This document shows, piece after piece, positions 1-10,552 of a stretch of 64,000 nt of DNA. Every line of letters starts with the position of its first letter. Position 1 is the first letter of the stretch. The notes under the pieces are model-generated. The model was not told where the DNA came from. It was given only the letters and a program-made list of their open reading frames with translations, and did no database searches. Origin of the DNA: Verrucomicrobia bacterium UBA3783 (lineage in GTDB: Bacteria; Verrucomicrobiota; Kiritimatiellia; RFP12; UBA1067). A program made the translations under genes and the position numbers. The stretch lies in contig DFFF01000021.1 in assembly GCA_002369235.1 (NCBI GenBank), positions 6,797 through 70,796 of the forward strand, read 5' to 3'.

Positions 1-1
1 T

Positions 2-799
2 TTCCTCGGTGCGAAGACGCTTGCGCTTGCCGACAACGCGACGGTTCTGGCGGCGACCGGCGCGAATGCGGGTTTTGTCGGTCCGGTGAATCCGGCGGAC
101 GCGAATTTGCGCATTGTGGCGGATGTCGCGCTCAAGGGTGCGACGGGCAGGATCGTCGGCGCAAACAAGGATGACTGTCACCTCAAGAATGTGGATCTTG
201 CGCGCGACGCCAAAATCGCCGAGTCCGACTATGCCGACATTACGATCGTCAAGGCTGGCGACAAGTGTCCGCACTGCGGCAGGGAACTTGTCATCAAGCG
301 CGGCATCGAGGTTGGTCAGGTCTTCAAGCTGGGAACGAAGTATTCCGCCGCCCTGGGCGCGGTCGTGAAGACCGACGACCTCAAAGAGCGCGTCATGGTC
401 ATGGGGTGCTACGGCATCGGCGTCAGCCGCACACTCCAGGCGATAATCGAACAGAGCCACGACAAGGACGGGATAATCTGGCCGGCAAGCGTGGCGCCGT
501 ATCAAGTTGCGATCGAACTGCTCGACCCATCGGTCGCGGAGGTGGCTGCGGTCGCGGAGAAGCTTGAGGCGGAGCTTGAGGCGGCGGGAATCGACGTCAT
601 CGTGGACGACCGCGAAGAGCGTCCGGGCGTCAAGTTCAAGGATGCGGATCTGATCGGCTTCCCGGTCAGGGTTGTCGTTGGTGCAAAGGGGCTGGCGAAC
701 GGCGGCGTCGAAGTGAAGCGCCGCGATGAGGACAAGTCCAGGACGCGCATTCTGCCGCCTGCGGATGCGGCCGGGGCGATCAAGGAACTGCTTAAATGA
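2..799 (+). CDS. proS: prolyl-tRNA synthetase, C-terminal part (5' end lies outside the window)
   Basis: The frame is open from the window edge (..GANAGFVGPVNP..). It has class II motif 3 GCYGIGVSR and a C-terminal anticodon-binding domain, and its stop overlaps the next start (ATGA). Confidence 0.85.
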   Translation, partial: FLGAKTLALADNATVLAATGANAGFVGPVNPADANLRIVADVALKGATGRIVGANKDDCHLKNVDLARDAKIAESDYADITIVKAGDKCPHCGRELVIKRGIEVGQVFKLGTKYSAALGAVVKTDDLKERVMVMGCYGIGVSRTLQAIIEQSHDKDGIIWPASVAPYQVAIELLDPSVAEVAAVAEKLEAELEAAGIDVIVDDREERPGVKFKDADLIGFPVRVVVGAKGLANGGVEVKRRDEDKSRTRILPPADAAGAIKELLK

Positions 800-2025
800 G
801 CGAGGCCGTATCTTTCGAGCCGCCGCGCGGAATGCGCGACTTCTATCCTGCGGACATGGTGTGGCGCAACCGCGTGTTCGATGCGATGCGCACGAGCGCC
901 GCGAAGTTCGGCTTCGAACCGTACGACGCGTGCGTGGTGGAAAGCTATGAACTTCTGGCGCGCAAGGCCGGAGAGGAAGTTGGGGAGCAGATCTACCACT
1001 TTCAAGACAAGTCCGAGCGCCACCTAGCGCTCCGGGCGGAGATGACGCCCACCTTGGCGCGCATGGTCGCGCAGCGCCAGAAGGAGCTGGCGTTTCCGCT
1101 CAAGTGGACGACTATCGCCCAATGCTTCCGCTACGAACGAATGACCAAGGGACGCAAGCGCGAGCATTACCAGTGGAACTGCGACATCATCGGCGAAGAT
1201 TCGATTCTCGCGGAGGTCGAGGTCTTGGGGTGTGCGGTCGATGCGTTGAAGCGCATGGGGCTGACGACCGGCGATTTCAAGGTGCATGTAAGTTCGCGCA
1301 AGTTTCTGGGCGAGCTTCTCGAAAAGAGCGGCATCGGGACGGAGAAGCATGCGCAGGTGTTCCTCGCGCTCGACAAGCGCGGCAAGATGCCGGACACGGA
1401 GATCGCGGCGATGCTCAAGGACGGCGGGCTTGACGATGACGAAGTCGCCGCCACCTTCGCAATCATGGACACGAAGGACTATTCGGCGAGCGCGGAGCTT
1501 TCGGCGCTGTTCAAGATGGCGGAGGCGGCGGGTTTTGCCGACGCGCTGGTGTTCGATATCGGCGTCATCCGCGGGCTCAGCTACTATACCGGCATCGTGT
1601 TCGAGTGTTTCGACACGAAAGGCGAGTTCCGCGCGATTTTCGGCGGCGGCAGATATGACAACCTCTTGACGACGATCGGCGGCGAGCCGACCAGTGCGGT
1701 GGGGCTGGGGTTCGGCGATGTGGTGGTGACCGAGCTTTTGAAGGCGCGGCTTGGCGATGCGGCGGCGCAGGCGCCGGAGGGCGTGGCGGTAGGGTTCATG
1801 TTCCCGGAGCAGGCGGCGGCGGCGGTGAAGCTCGCCGCTAAGTTGCGTGAAAGAGGCGAGAAGGTGAATCTTGCGCTTCATCCGGTGAAGCCGAAGAGAT
1901 TCTTCTCGCGCGCCGATGCCGCGAGGGCGGCGAAAGCCGTGTTCCTCGGTCCTGACGACGTGGAGAGGGGCGTCGCGAGAATGAAAGATCTGGCCACGAG
2001 AACCGAGAGCGAGATAGAGCTGTGA
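796..2025 (+). CDS. hisS: histidyl-tRNA synthetase
   Basis: Motifs RGMRDFYP, FRYERMTKGRKREHYQW and GGGRYDNL are present. A C-terminal anticodon-binding domain is also present, which argues for HisS rather than HisZ. Confidence 0.85.
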   Translation: MSEAVSFEPPRGMRDFYPADMVWRNRVFDAMRTSAAKFGFEPYDACVVESYELLARKAGEEVGEQIYHFQDKSERHLALRAEMTPTLARMVAQRQKELAFPLKWTTIAQCFRYERMTKGRKREHYQWNCDIIGEDSILAEVEVLGCAVDALKRMGLTTGDFKVHVSSRKFLGELLEKSGIGTEKHAQVFLALDKRGKMPDTEIAAMLKDGGLDDDEVAATFAIMDTKDYSASAELSALFKMAEAAGFADALVFDIGVIRGLSYYTGIVFECFDTKGEFRAIFGGGRYDNLLTTIGGEPTSAVGLGFGDVVVTELLKARLGDAAAQAPEGVAVGFMFPEQAAAAVKLAAKLRERGEKVNLALHPVKPKRFFSRADAARAAKAVFLGPDDVERGVARMKDLATRTESEIEL

Positions 2026-3098
2026 AAATTGCGATTGCGGCGGTTTGTGCAATGTTTGCCGCGCTGGCGGGCGCGGCGGATTCGTCGTCGGCCATTCTCC
2101 AGCTGCTCAATTCGCGCGGCGCATCTTCGCCCAAGGCTTTTGACGCCGCATTGAAACAGGTGAAGGCGGAAGCCGAAAAAGGCAGACCGCTGCAACAGTT
2201 CGTGTATGGCCTCGTGCGGCCTGGCGACCCGAAGTCCAAGGAATATCTGGAGCGGTCCCGCGACAAAATCACGCTGCTGGCCGAGCGCAAGAACAGCGCC
2301 CTTGCGTGGTATCTGCTGAGCCTCGACCGTCAGGACGTGGGATGCCTCAAAAAGGCGGCGGAGCTGGGCAATGTGCAGGCGCTGAATGCGTGGGGCACCT
2401 TGCAGAACAACGCGATCATGGGCGATGAAACCATATCGGCGGAGAAGCGCGCGGAAATCCAGGGAGAGGTTTTCGACGCGTTTCACAAGGCGGCGGAAGC
2501 GAAAGACCCCAACGGCATCTACAACCTCGGGATGTGCTACATGAACGGGATCGGCTGCGAGGCCGACCCCAAAATGGCGATCAACTGTTTCCGCACGGCG
2601 GCGGAAGCCGGCCATCCCGACGCGATCAACAACATCGGCGGATGCTGCCGCGAGGGCATATTGGTCGAGCAGGATTTCGCGCAGGCCGCGAGATGGTTCA
2701 GGCTTTCCGCGGAACTCGGCAACGCCTACGGCCAGATCAACTACGGCCTTGCGCTGCAGCACGGCGAGGGCGTGGACAAGGATGAAAAGGCGGCGGTGGA
2801 CTACTTTCTCGCGGCAATGGAGCAGAACAGCCCCGAGGCGATAAATCTCCTCGCCATGTGCTATTTTCGCGGGCGCGGAGTGGCGAAGGACGACAAACGC
2901 GCGGTGGATTTGCTGCTCAAGAGCGCGGATATGGGCTTTCCTCCGGCGATGGACAACCTTTCCGAGTGCTACAAGGTGGGCGTTGGCGTCGAAAAGGATA
3001 TGATGGAGTCGACCGTGTGGAAGCTCCGCGCCAAGGCGGCGCGCGGCGACCGGGCGGCGGCTAATTGGCTAGAGTCGAACGGCAGGGGCGGGAAATGA
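2022..3098 (+). CDS. secreted Sel1-like repeat (SLR) protein
   Basis: It has an N-terminal signal peptide (MKIAIAAVCAMFAALAGAAD) and repeated ~36-aa units of the type A..W...AAE.G...A...LG.CY..G.GV..D. The start is GTG in a GTGA overlap. Confidence 0.8.
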   Translation: MKIAIAAVCAMFAALAGAADSSSAILQLLNSRGASSPKAFDAALKQVKAEAEKGRPLQQFVYGLVRPGDPKSKEYLERSRDKITLLAERKNSALAWYLLSLDRQDVGCLKKAAELGNVQALNAWGTLQNNAIMGDETISAEKRAEIQGEVFDAFHKAAEAKDPNGIYNLGMCYMNGIGCEADPKMAINCFRTAAEAGHPDAINNIGGCCREGILVEQDFAQAARWFRLSAELGNAYGQINYGLALQHGEGVDKDEKAAVDYFLAAMEQNSPEAINLLAMCYFRGRGVAKDDKRAVDLLLKSADMGFPPAMDNLSECYKVGVGVEKDMMESTVWKLRAKAARGDRAAANWLESNGRGGK

Positions 3099-3880
3099 CG
3101 GTGAAAATGCTCATGGTCGGCGACATGGTGGGTTCGCCGGGGCGCAAGATATTCGCGCGTGAAGTCAAGCGCCTGAAGGCGGAGCATGCAATCGACGCAT
3201 GCATCGTCAATGCCGAAAACGCCGCTGCGGGATCCGGCCTCACCGCCGCGCTCGCGAAAGAGATTTTCGAGGCCGGGGCCGACGCGATAACGCTGGGCGA
3301 CCACACCTGGGGGCAGAAGGAATTCGCCGGGCAGATCGGGGAAGTGGAAAACCTTGTGAGGCCGTGCAATTTTCCGGCCGAATGCCCCGGCAAGGGATGG
3401 TGCGTGGTGACGCTCCCTACCTTCCGCTTCGCCGTCGTGAACGCGCAGGGGCGCACTTTCATGAATCCCTGCGACTGTCCGTTCAAGGCGACCGAAAAAG
3501 CGCTCGCGGCGATTCCGAAGGACATCAGCGTGTTTATCGATTTCCACGCCGAGGCGACGAGCGAGAAAATAACATTTGCGCATTATTTCGATGGCCGCGC
3601 GACCGCGATTTGCGGAACGCACACGCATGTGCAGACTTCCGACGCCTTTCTGCTCCCCAAGGGCACGGCGTATCTCACCGATCTCGGCATGACCGGGCCG
3701 TATCTCAGTTCCATCGGACGCAAGCTTGAGCCAGTCACCAAGCGCTTTTTGACCGGAATGCCGTCGCGCTTCGACGTGGCGGAAGGGCCGGCGACGTTCG
3801 AGGGCGCGATCATAACCTTCGATCCTTCAACACGCAAGGCCTCGGCAATTGAGACTTTCCGCGTCAGAGACGGCCTCTAA
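3095..3880 (+). CDS. YmdB-like metallophosphoesterase (2',3'-cyclic-nucleotide phosphodiesterase family)
   Basis: MLMVGDMVGSPGR, NAENAAAGSG and GDHTWGQKE match the TIGR00282-type family. I chose the ATG at 3095 (ATGA overlap) instead of the track start at 3065. Confidence 0.8.
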   Translation: MTVKMLMVGDMVGSPGRKIFAREVKRLKAEHAIDACIVNAENAAAGSGLTAALAKEIFEAGADAITLGDHTWGQKEFAGQIGEVENLVRPCNFPAECPGKGWCVVTLPTFRFAVVNAQGRTFMNPCDCPFKATEKALAAIPKDISVFIDFHAEATSEKITFAHYFDGRATAICGTHTHVQTSDAFLLPKGTAYLTDLGMTGPYLSSIGRKLEPVTKRFLTGMPSRFDVAEGPATFEGAIITFDPSTRKASAIETFRVRDGL

Positions 3881-5150
3881 GATCCGTGCGCTCGGCGGCA
3901 GGGCGCTTTTGGTCGGCGGATGTGTGCGCGACGCGCTCATCGGCATTGAGTCCAAGGATGTCGATTTTGAGGTTTTTGGCGTAGCGCCGGAGGCGGTTGT
4001 GGCGGCGTTTCCGGGCTGCAATACTGTCGGGCGCTCGTTCGGAGTTATAAAAATCGGCGATATCGACATCGCCTTTCCGCGCCGCGAGACGAAACTTGGA
4101 GCCGGGCACAAGGGGTTTTCGATCGACTCCGATCCTTTTTTGCCGATCGAAGAAGCGGCGGCGCGGCGCGATTTCACGGTCAATGCGATTTACCAAGATC
4201 CGTTGACCGGCGAGTATATCGACCCTTTCGGAGGGCGCAAGGATCTTGAGCGCGGCATCTTGAGACAGGTTTCCGGCCATTTCGCCGAAGATCCTTTGCG
4301 GGTATTGCGCGGCATGCAGTTCATCGCCAGATTCGGTTTCGAGCCGGCGCCGGAACTTGTCGCTGCATGCCGCCAAATGACCGAGGAGGGGCTTTCCAAG
4401 GAGCGCAAATTCGAGGAGTGGTCGAAATTGCTCATGAAAGGCAGGCGGATATCAAAAGGGCTTGAATTCCTCAAAGCGACCGGCTGGACGAAATATTATC
4501 CGGAACTCGAAAATCTCATCGGTTGCGAACAAGACCCGCACTGGCATCCTGAGGGCGACGTCTGGAACCATACGCTAGAATGTCTCGATCGCTATGCCGC
4601 GTGGTCGGATTCGCATGGCGGCGAGCGCGATATAATCACGGCATTCGCGGTTTTGTGCCATGATTTCGGCAAGCCCTACTGCACGAAGTTCGACCCTGAG
4701 AAAGGGCGCATCCGCAGCCTTGGGCACGATGAAATCGGCATCGGCTACGCGCTTTCGTTTTTGCGCCGGTTGACGAACGAAGAGCGGATTTTGCGGGAAG
4801 TGCCGCCGTTGGTGCGCGAGCACATGAAACCATATGCATTCGCCCGCGACGGCGCCGGCGACAGCGCGGTGCGGCGGCTCGCGGCGAGAGTCAAGCGCAT
4901 CGACCGGCTTATCGAGGTTTCGCGCGCCGACAATTCGACGGAAGAGAGCCTCGCCTGGCTCGCGGCGGCGGCAAAGCGCCTCGAGATCGTCGACAACGCC
5001 CCCGAACCGATAGTCAAAGGGCGGCATTTGCTTGCGCGTGGATTGAAGGGCGGACCGGAAATCGGCAGGCTCCTCGCCAAGGCCTACGAGGCGCAGCTCG
5101 ACGGCGTATTTTCCGATCTTGAAGGAGGACTTGATTTCCTCGGCAAATAA
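3849..5150 (+). CDS. cca: CCA-adding tRNA nucleotidyltransferase with HD domain
   Basis: LVGGCVRDALIG..KDVDFEV and RRDFTVNAI mark the nucleotidyltransferase core, and LCHDFGKP marks the HD domain. The TTG start at 3849 is uncertain. Confidence 0.8.
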   Translation: MRLSASETASKIRALGGRALLVGGCVRDALIGIESKDVDFEVFGVAPEAVVAAFPGCNTVGRSFGVIKIGDIDIAFPRRETKLGAGHKGFSIDSDPFLPIEEAAARRDFTVNAIYQDPLTGEYIDPFGGRKDLERGILRQVSGHFAEDPLRVLRGMQFIARFGFEPAPELVAACRQMTEEGLSKERKFEEWSKLLMKGRRISKGLEFLKATGWTKYYPELENLIGCEQDPHWHPEGDVWNHTLECLDRYAAWSDSHGGERDIITAFAVLCHDFGKPYCTKFDPEKGRIRSLGHDEIGIGYALSFLRRLTNEERILREVPPLVREHMKPYAFARDGAGDSAVRRLAARVKRIDRLIEVSRADNSTEESLAWLAAAAKRLEIVDNAPEPIVKGRHLLARGLKGGPEIGRLLAKAYEAQLDGVFSDLEGGLDFLGK

Positions 5151-5157
5151 ATCATGG

Positions 5158-5186
5158 TTGTATTTTTCGCGAATATTTGGTACACT
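5158..5186 (+). promoter_or_regulatory. sigma70-type promoter, TTGTAT-N17-TACACT with TGG extension
   Basis: It belongs to the recurrent promoter motif family and lies 58 nt upstream of sialidase 5245. Confidence 0.5.
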
Positions 5187-5244
5187 ATGCCGTGTAGAGT
5201 CGGATTTTACGGCAGGCAAACGAATTCAATAAGGGAGCGAGATT

Positions 5245-6453
5245 ATGGATAAAGCAGTGAAAATCATGGTGGCGGCCGCGCTTGGCGCGGTTCTTGAGGC
5301 GAGCGCAGGCGCATTGGGCGAGCTCGTCATGCTGGGCGACGGTCCGTTTGCCGACGGCCTTGGCGGCAATGCAAACGGCGTCTACCGCATCCCGGCGGTG
5401 GCAGTTTCAACCGGCAATGTGGCGATTGCGGTTTACGATTGCCGGTATTGGAATTCCGCCGATTTGCCTCAGGCTATCGACCTTGCGGAAAACTACAGCC
5501 CCGACCGTGGTCGCACATGGAGCCGGCCTCAGTTAGCGATTGATGTCCCCAATACCGATACGCAAGCGGTTGCGTGCGATGTGAATATCGGCGACCCATG
5601 CCTGGTGTATCTGCCGGGGAGCAACCGATTCATGGTAATGGGCATGACCGGCGGCGGACTTGCGGGGTCGCACCAGGACGGGAAATCGGTTACCGATGTC
5701 ATGATCGCATATCGCGGCGCGAATCCGCTGGACAAATGGACAGGCATGAGACTGGTGCGCGACGAGATTTTGGCGGCGCTCAAGGCGGCAGATCCGGAAC
5801 TAGAGACCGATCCCGACAAAATCCGCGGAATTCTTCAAGGCCCTGGCCATGCGATAGTGCAGCGCAAGACGGTATATGACGTGAATGGAAATGTGATAAT
5901 GAAGGCCGGCACCGTGGTGTTCCCGATGCAATACTTCCCCACTGACGACTTCGCCAACGCGCCGCGAGGATTCGCAGTCTACACTGAAGACGAAGGCGCG
6001 ACGTGGAAAGCGACGAGGATCACAACGCCTATACACCCCGCGCAGGAAAACTGCATCGTCGAGCTTGACGACGGCACTTGGCTGATGATGTGCAAGGGTT
6101 TCAACCGCGAGTTTTTCCGCACACGCGATTTTTCGCGCTGGACATGGGAAAACTACATTTCGCCGTCGGCCTGGGTGCAAGGGTCGTGCCTCAAGATCGG
6201 GACGGGCGAAGATGGTCGCGGACGCTATGCGGCGTGTTTCTCGCCTGCCGGGCGCGCGAATATCACCGTATATTTCGGGCGCGACGTTTGCGAGGCTCCC
6301 AAGGGGATAAGCTGGGATTTGGGATCGGTAAACATCTATCCCGAACCGACGGGTGGCTACAGCTACAATTCGCTCATCATGGTGGACGACCGGACGCTCG
6401 GCATTCTCTTCGAGTCGCACGGCCATATATATTGGCGCACGCTCGAGTTGTGA
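5245..6453 (+). CDS. GH33 exo-alpha-sialidase (BNR/Asp-box)
   Basis: It has a signal peptide, the YRIP motif (GVYRIPAVA), and Asp-boxes SPDRGRTW and TEDEGATW. An SD (AAGGGAG) lies upstream. Confidence 0.8.
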   Translation: MDKAVKIMVAAALGAVLEASAGALGELVMLGDGPFADGLGGNANGVYRIPAVAVSTGNVAIAVYDCRYWNSADLPQAIDLAENYSPDRGRTWSRPQLAIDVPNTDTQAVACDVNIGDPCLVYLPGSNRFMVMGMTGGGLAGSHQDGKSVTDVMIAYRGANPLDKWTGMRLVRDEILAALKAADPELETDPDKIRGILQGPGHAIVQRKTVYDVNGNVIMKAGTVVFPMQYFPTDDFANAPRGFAVYTEDEGATWKATRITTPIHPAQENCIVELDDGTWLMMCKGFNREFFRTRDFSRWTWENYISPSAWVQGSCLKIGTGEDGRGRYAACFSPAGRANITVYFGRDVCEAPKGISWDLGSVNIYPEPTGGYSYNSLIMVDDRTLGILFESHGHIYWRTLEL

Positions 6454-6468
6454 CCGCGCCCGCGACTC

Positions 6469-6497
6469 TTGTATTTTATAGCGATTTTTGGTATAAT
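6469..6497 (+). promoter_or_regulatory. promoter TTGTAT-N17-TATAAT (GATTTTTGGTATAATAC)
   Basis: It has an extended -10 and lies 21 nt upstream of the rnc ATG. Confidence 0.65.
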
Positions 6498-6518
6498 ACC
6501 CAGCCATAATATCGCTAT

Positions 6519-7223
6519 ATGCCGCAAAAATCCATTTTTGGCCGGAAATTCAATAATCCGGCGCTTTTGGACGAGGCGCTCACCACCGCCTCGTGCCGCG
6601 GCTTGCGTACGCGGACTGCGGACAATCAACGGCTCGAGTTTCTTGGCGACAGTGTTTTGCAGATGCTTGCGACCGAAGAGATTTTCGCAAAGTTTCCTGA
6701 TGAAAATGAAGGCCGGATGACGGCTCGCAGAAAGCACATGGTGAGCACGGCTGCTCTTTGCCGGGCGGCAAAGAGCACCGACCTTGCAGCAAGATTGAAG
6801 CGCGCTGATTCGCATGCGCCGCTGCCGGACGATTCCAAGGTCATTGCCGATGCGGTCGAGGCGGTCTTGGGCGCGATTTGGCTCGATGGAGGATGGGAAG
6901 CGGCGCGTGCGGCGTTCGGGTTCCTCGCGCTTGCAGACGGGGCGTCATCCTCGGAATGGGACGAGAATTGGAAAGGCCGCCTTCAGGGAATCACACAGGC
7001 GATGATGCCGCCGCGGCAACCGAAGTACGAGCTCATAGACATGCGCGGCAAGTCGCATGAACCCGTGTTCCGCGTCAGGGTGTCGGTTGAGGACATGGGC
7101 CAGGCGATAGGCGAGGGGCGCTCGAAGCAGACCGCCCAAGCGGCGGCGGCAAAGAACCTCTTGGATTTGACGGAATCGACTGAAATTTCAAGGAAAGACG
7201 AAGAAAAGGAAGAAAGCAAATGA
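6519..7223 (+). CDS. rnc: ribonuclease III
   Basis: It carries the RNase III signature NQRLEFLGDSVL, DAVEAVLGAIWLDGG, and a C-terminal dsRBD (..EPVFRVRV..GEGRSKQTAQAAAAKNLL). Confidence 0.9.
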   Translation: MPQKSIFGRKFNNPALLDEALTTASCRGLRTRTADNQRLEFLGDSVLQMLATEEIFAKFPDENEGRMTARRKHMVSTAALCRAAKSTDLAARLKRADSHAPLPDDSKVIADAVEAVLGAIWLDGGWEAARAAFGFLALADGASSSEWDENWKGRLQGITQAMMPPRQPKYELIDMRGKSHEPVFRVRVSVEDMGQAIGEGRSKQTAQAAAAKNLLDLTESTEISRKDEEKEESK

Positions 7224-9184
7224 AAGTAAGCGACGAACAGCTTGCGAAAACCGCCAACTCGATCCGCTGCCTGTGCGCGGACATGGTGGACAAGGCCAAC
7301 AGCGGGCATCCGGGTGCGGCGCTGGGCATGGCGGATCTCGCCGCCACATTATGGCTCCGGCACATGAATTTCGACGTGAAAGACGTTGATTGGGCGGGGC
7401 GCGACCGGCTTGTCTTCTCCGGCGGCCATGCTTCGAGTCTCGTTTACGCGCTTTTCCACCTCGCGGGAATCGGCGCTCTGACAATGGATGAGCTCAAGAC
7501 TTTCCGCCAGCTCGGCAGCCGCTGCGCCGGACACCCGGAACGCGGCGTCATGCCCGGCGTGGAAGTGACGACCGGTCCGTTGGGACAGGGCATTGCGATG
7601 GGCGTGGGGCTCGCGCTCGCAGCCCAAAAGATGAAAACCGGCAACAAGACGTTTGTCTTTTGCGGCGATGGCGATATGCAGGAAGGCATCAGCCACGAAG
7701 CCTGCAGCTGGGCGGGAGCGATGAAGATTCCGGATCTAGTAATGATCTACGACTCCAATGGCATTACGATCGAAGGGTCTGTTGGACTGTCGATGGCCGA
7801 CGACACCAAGAAGCGTTTCGAGAGTTACGGCTGGAAAACATTCGAGTGCGACGGACACGATTTTCCGTCGATCGATCGTGCGCTGCGCCGTGCGCTCAAG
7901 GTTGAAGGCCAGCCGGTTTTGATAATCGCGACGACTACGATCGGCAAGGGCGCCCCCACCAAGGGCGGCACGGCATCCTGCCACGGCGCGCCGCTTGGCG
8001 CCGACGAAACACGCGCACTCAAGGCCGGGCTTGGCGTCGATCCCGAGAAGAGTTTTGCGATTGACGATGACGTGTATGAATTGTTCCGCCAGCGTGCGGC
8101 ATTCTGCCGCCGCATGGCCAACAAGTGGCGCAAGGCGCATCCCGGTTTCAAGGTTCCGGCGGAGCCGTCGGAGGAGGCGCTTGTCGCCGCGCTGCCCAGG
8201 TTCGAGCCCGGCAAAAGCATCGCCACGCGCAATGCGAACGAGGAGATAATGACCGCGCTCGCCGGCGTCGCTGCCGGGCTCGTCGGAGGCTCTGCCGACC
8301 TTGGCCCGTCGAACAAGACGGTAATGAAGGGCGAGGCGTTTGTCGCCCCCGGCGATTTCGAGGGACGCAACTTGCATTACGGCATCCGCGAGCTCGCGAT
8401 GACGGCCATTGCCAACGGCATTACCGCATTTGGCGGACTGCGCGGCTACGGCGCGACATTCTTCGTGTTCAGCGACTACTGCCGCCCGGCGATCCGCCTC
8501 GCGGCGATCATGGAGTTGCCGTCGATCTTCGTATTCTCCCACGACAGCTTCTATGTGGGCGAGGACGGACCGACGCACGAGCCGGTGGAACATCTCGCGG
8601 CGATGCGCACTATGGTGGGCGTCCTTTCGTTCCGTCCCTGCGACGCCAATGAAACGGCTTACGCATGGGTGGAAATGCTGAAGAACACGAAGTGCCCGAG
8701 CTGCATCATGACGACTCGCCAGAATGTGCCGGTGCTTGAGGGCACCAGTCGCGAGGGCGTCGCGAAGGGCGCTTATGTGATATACGAAGGCGGCTATCAG
8801 ACGCAAATCGTCAAACAGGAAGGCACGAAGGAGCGCACTATCCTCTTTATCGCGACAGGCTCGGAGGTCGCGCTCGCGATCGAGGCGGCGAAGATGCTCG
8901 AAAAGGACGGCAAGCTCGTGCGCGTCGTATCGATGCCGTCGCAGGGTCTTTTCCTCAAGCAGGACCGCGACTATCGCGACAGCGTGATTCCGCCGGCGAT
9001 GAAGAAGCGGGTGATCGTCGAGGCTGGCATCCGTTTCGGGTGGGACCGTTTCGCCGCCGACGAAACGACCACGCGGTTTGTCACGATGGACAAGTACGGT
9101 GCATCGGCTCCATACAAGGTTCTGGCGCAGAAGTTCGGTTTCACGTCCGAAAACGTCTACCGCGTCGCCAAGGAGATTGCGTAA
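7220..9184 (+). CDS. tkt: transketolase
   Basis: 654 aa, with SGHPGAALGMAD and the TPP motif GDGDMQEGISHEA. All three transketolase domains are present. Confidence 0.95.
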   Translation: MKVSDEQLAKTANSIRCLCADMVDKANSGHPGAALGMADLAATLWLRHMNFDVKDVDWAGRDRLVFSGGHASSLVYALFHLAGIGALTMDELKTFRQLGSRCAGHPERGVMPGVEVTTGPLGQGIAMGVGLALAAQKMKTGNKTFVFCGDGDMQEGISHEACSWAGAMKIPDLVMIYDSNGITIEGSVGLSMADDTKKRFESYGWKTFECDGHDFPSIDRALRRALKVEGQPVLIIATTTIGKGAPTKGGTASCHGAPLGADETRALKAGLGVDPEKSFAIDDDVYELFRQRAAFCRRMANKWRKAHPGFKVPAEPSEEALVAALPRFEPGKSIATRNANEEIMTALAGVAAGLVGGSADLGPSNKTVMKGEAFVAPGDFEGRNLHYGIRELAMTAIANGITAFGGLRGYGATFFVFSDYCRPAIRLAAIMELPSIFVFSHDSFYVGEDGPTHEPVEHLAAMRTMVGVLSFRPCDANETAYAWVEMLKNTKCPSCIMTTRQNVPVLEGTSREGVAKGAYVIYEGGYQTQIVKQEGTKERTILFIATGSEVALAIEAAKMLEKDGKLVRVVSMPSQGLFLKQDRDYRDSVIPPAMKKRVIVEAGIRFGWDRFAADETTTRFVTMDKYGASAPYKVLAQKFGFTSENVYRVAKEIA

Positions 9185-10552
9185 ATGGACTTCAAGGAAC
9201 TCACGGCGATTTCGCCGATCGACGGGCGCTATCTGAGCAAGTGCGCGGAGTTGCAGGAAGTATTCTCCGAATACGGTCTGGTCAAGCGCCGCGTGCTGGT
9301 AGAGTGCGCGTGGCTAGAGGCGCTGTGCGCGGCGAAAGAAATCAAGGAATGCGCAGCATTGACCGCAAAAGAGCGCACGGCGCTCCGCAAGATCGCCTCG
9401 GATTTCTCGGTGGAGGATGCGGCGAGAGTCAAGGAAATCGAAAAGACCACCAACCACGACGTCAAGGCGGTGGAGTATTTCCTCAAGGAGAAAGTCGCCG
9501 GCACTTCGCTGGAAAAGCGTTCGGAGTTCATCCACTTCGCCTGCACTTCGGAGGATATCAACAACATGTCGCACGCGCTCATGCTGCGTGACGGCAAGGC
9601 GATTTTGCGCCGTGCGATGGACGAAGTGCGCATGAAGCTCGTGGAGATGTCCAAGGCGACGGCGGCGGTGCCGATGCTCGCGCACACCCATGGCCAGCCA
9701 GCTTCGCCGACGACGGTGGGCAAAGAGCTTGCAGTCGTGGCTGCGCGTCTCAAACGTCAGGAGGGTGAAATCGACCGGCTGGTAATGCCCGCGAAGATGA
9801 ACGGCGCGGTCGGCAACTTCAATGCCCACACGAGCGCATATCCAAAGACCGACTGGGAAAAGCTGTCCGCAAAGGTCATTGCGTCGCTCGGGCTCCGGCA
9901 GAATCCGCTTACCACGCAGATCGAAAGCCACGACGGCATTGCCGAGCTGTTCGACGCCATCGCGCGTTGGAACTCGGTGTTGCTCGATCTTGACCGTGAC
10001 ATCTGGATGTATGTATCCATGGGCTACTTCAAGCAGCGCACCGTGAAGGGCGAAATCGGCTCCTCCACGATGCCGCACAAGGTCAACCCCATCGATTTCG
10101 AGAATTCCGAGGGCAACCTCGGCCTGGCCAACGCCATTCTCGGATTCATGGCGCGCAAACTGCCGGTTTCGCGCATGCAGCGCGATCTCACCGACTCCAC
10201 CACGCTCAGGAACATGGGCGTTGGATTCGGCTACACGCTCATCGCCATCCGCTCCACGCTCAAGGGGCTTGGCAAACTGGAGCTCAATGAAGAGCGTCTC
10301 GCGGCGGATTTGGATTCCAACTGGGAAGTGCTCGCCGAGCCTATCCAGACGGTGATGCGCAAAGTAGGCATGGATCATCCCTACGAGCGGCTCAAGGAAC
10401 TGACGCGCGGTCGCCGGGTGACGGCGGAAATCATGCGCGAGTTTGTGGCGGCCTTGCCGCTGCCCAAGGCGGACAAGGAGAGGCTGATGAAGCTCACTCC
10501 TGCGACCTACATCGGGCTTGCCGAGCGTCTCGCCGCCCACGCATGGGAGTAA
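9185..10552 (+). CDS. purB: adenylosuccinate lyase
   Basis: It has the fumarate-lyase signature SSTMPHKVNPIDFEN and HTHGQPASPTT. At 455 aa it is the long PurB type. Confidence 0.9.
   Translation: MDFKELTAISPIDGRYLSKCAELQEVFSEYGLVKRRVLVECAWLEALCAAKEIKECAALTAKERTALRKIASDFSVEDAARVKEIEKTTNHDVKAVEYFLKEKVAGTSLEKRSEFIHFACTSEDINNMSHALMLRDGKAILRRAMDEVRMKLVEMSKATAAVPMLAHTHGQPASPTTVGKELAVVAARLKRQEGEIDRLVMPAKMNGAVGNFNAHTSAYPKTDWEKLSAKVIASLGLRQNPLTTQIESHDGIAELFDAIARWNSVLLDLDRDIWMYVSMGYFKQRTVKGEIGSSTMPHKVNPIDFENSEGNLGLANAILGFMARKLPVSRMQRDLTDSTTLRNMGVGFGYTLIAIRSTLKGLGKLELNEERLAADLDSNWEVLAEPIQTVMRKVGMDHPYERLKELTRGRRVTAEIMREFVAALPLPKADKERLMKLTPATYIGLAERLAAHAWE

Noticed and set aside
796-2025. Whether this HisRS-like gene is the regulatory paralog HisZ.
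   Set aside because: It retains motif 3 (GGGRYDNL) and a C-terminal anticodon-binding-type domain and sits next to proS, so HisS is the better call. No hisG is adjacent.
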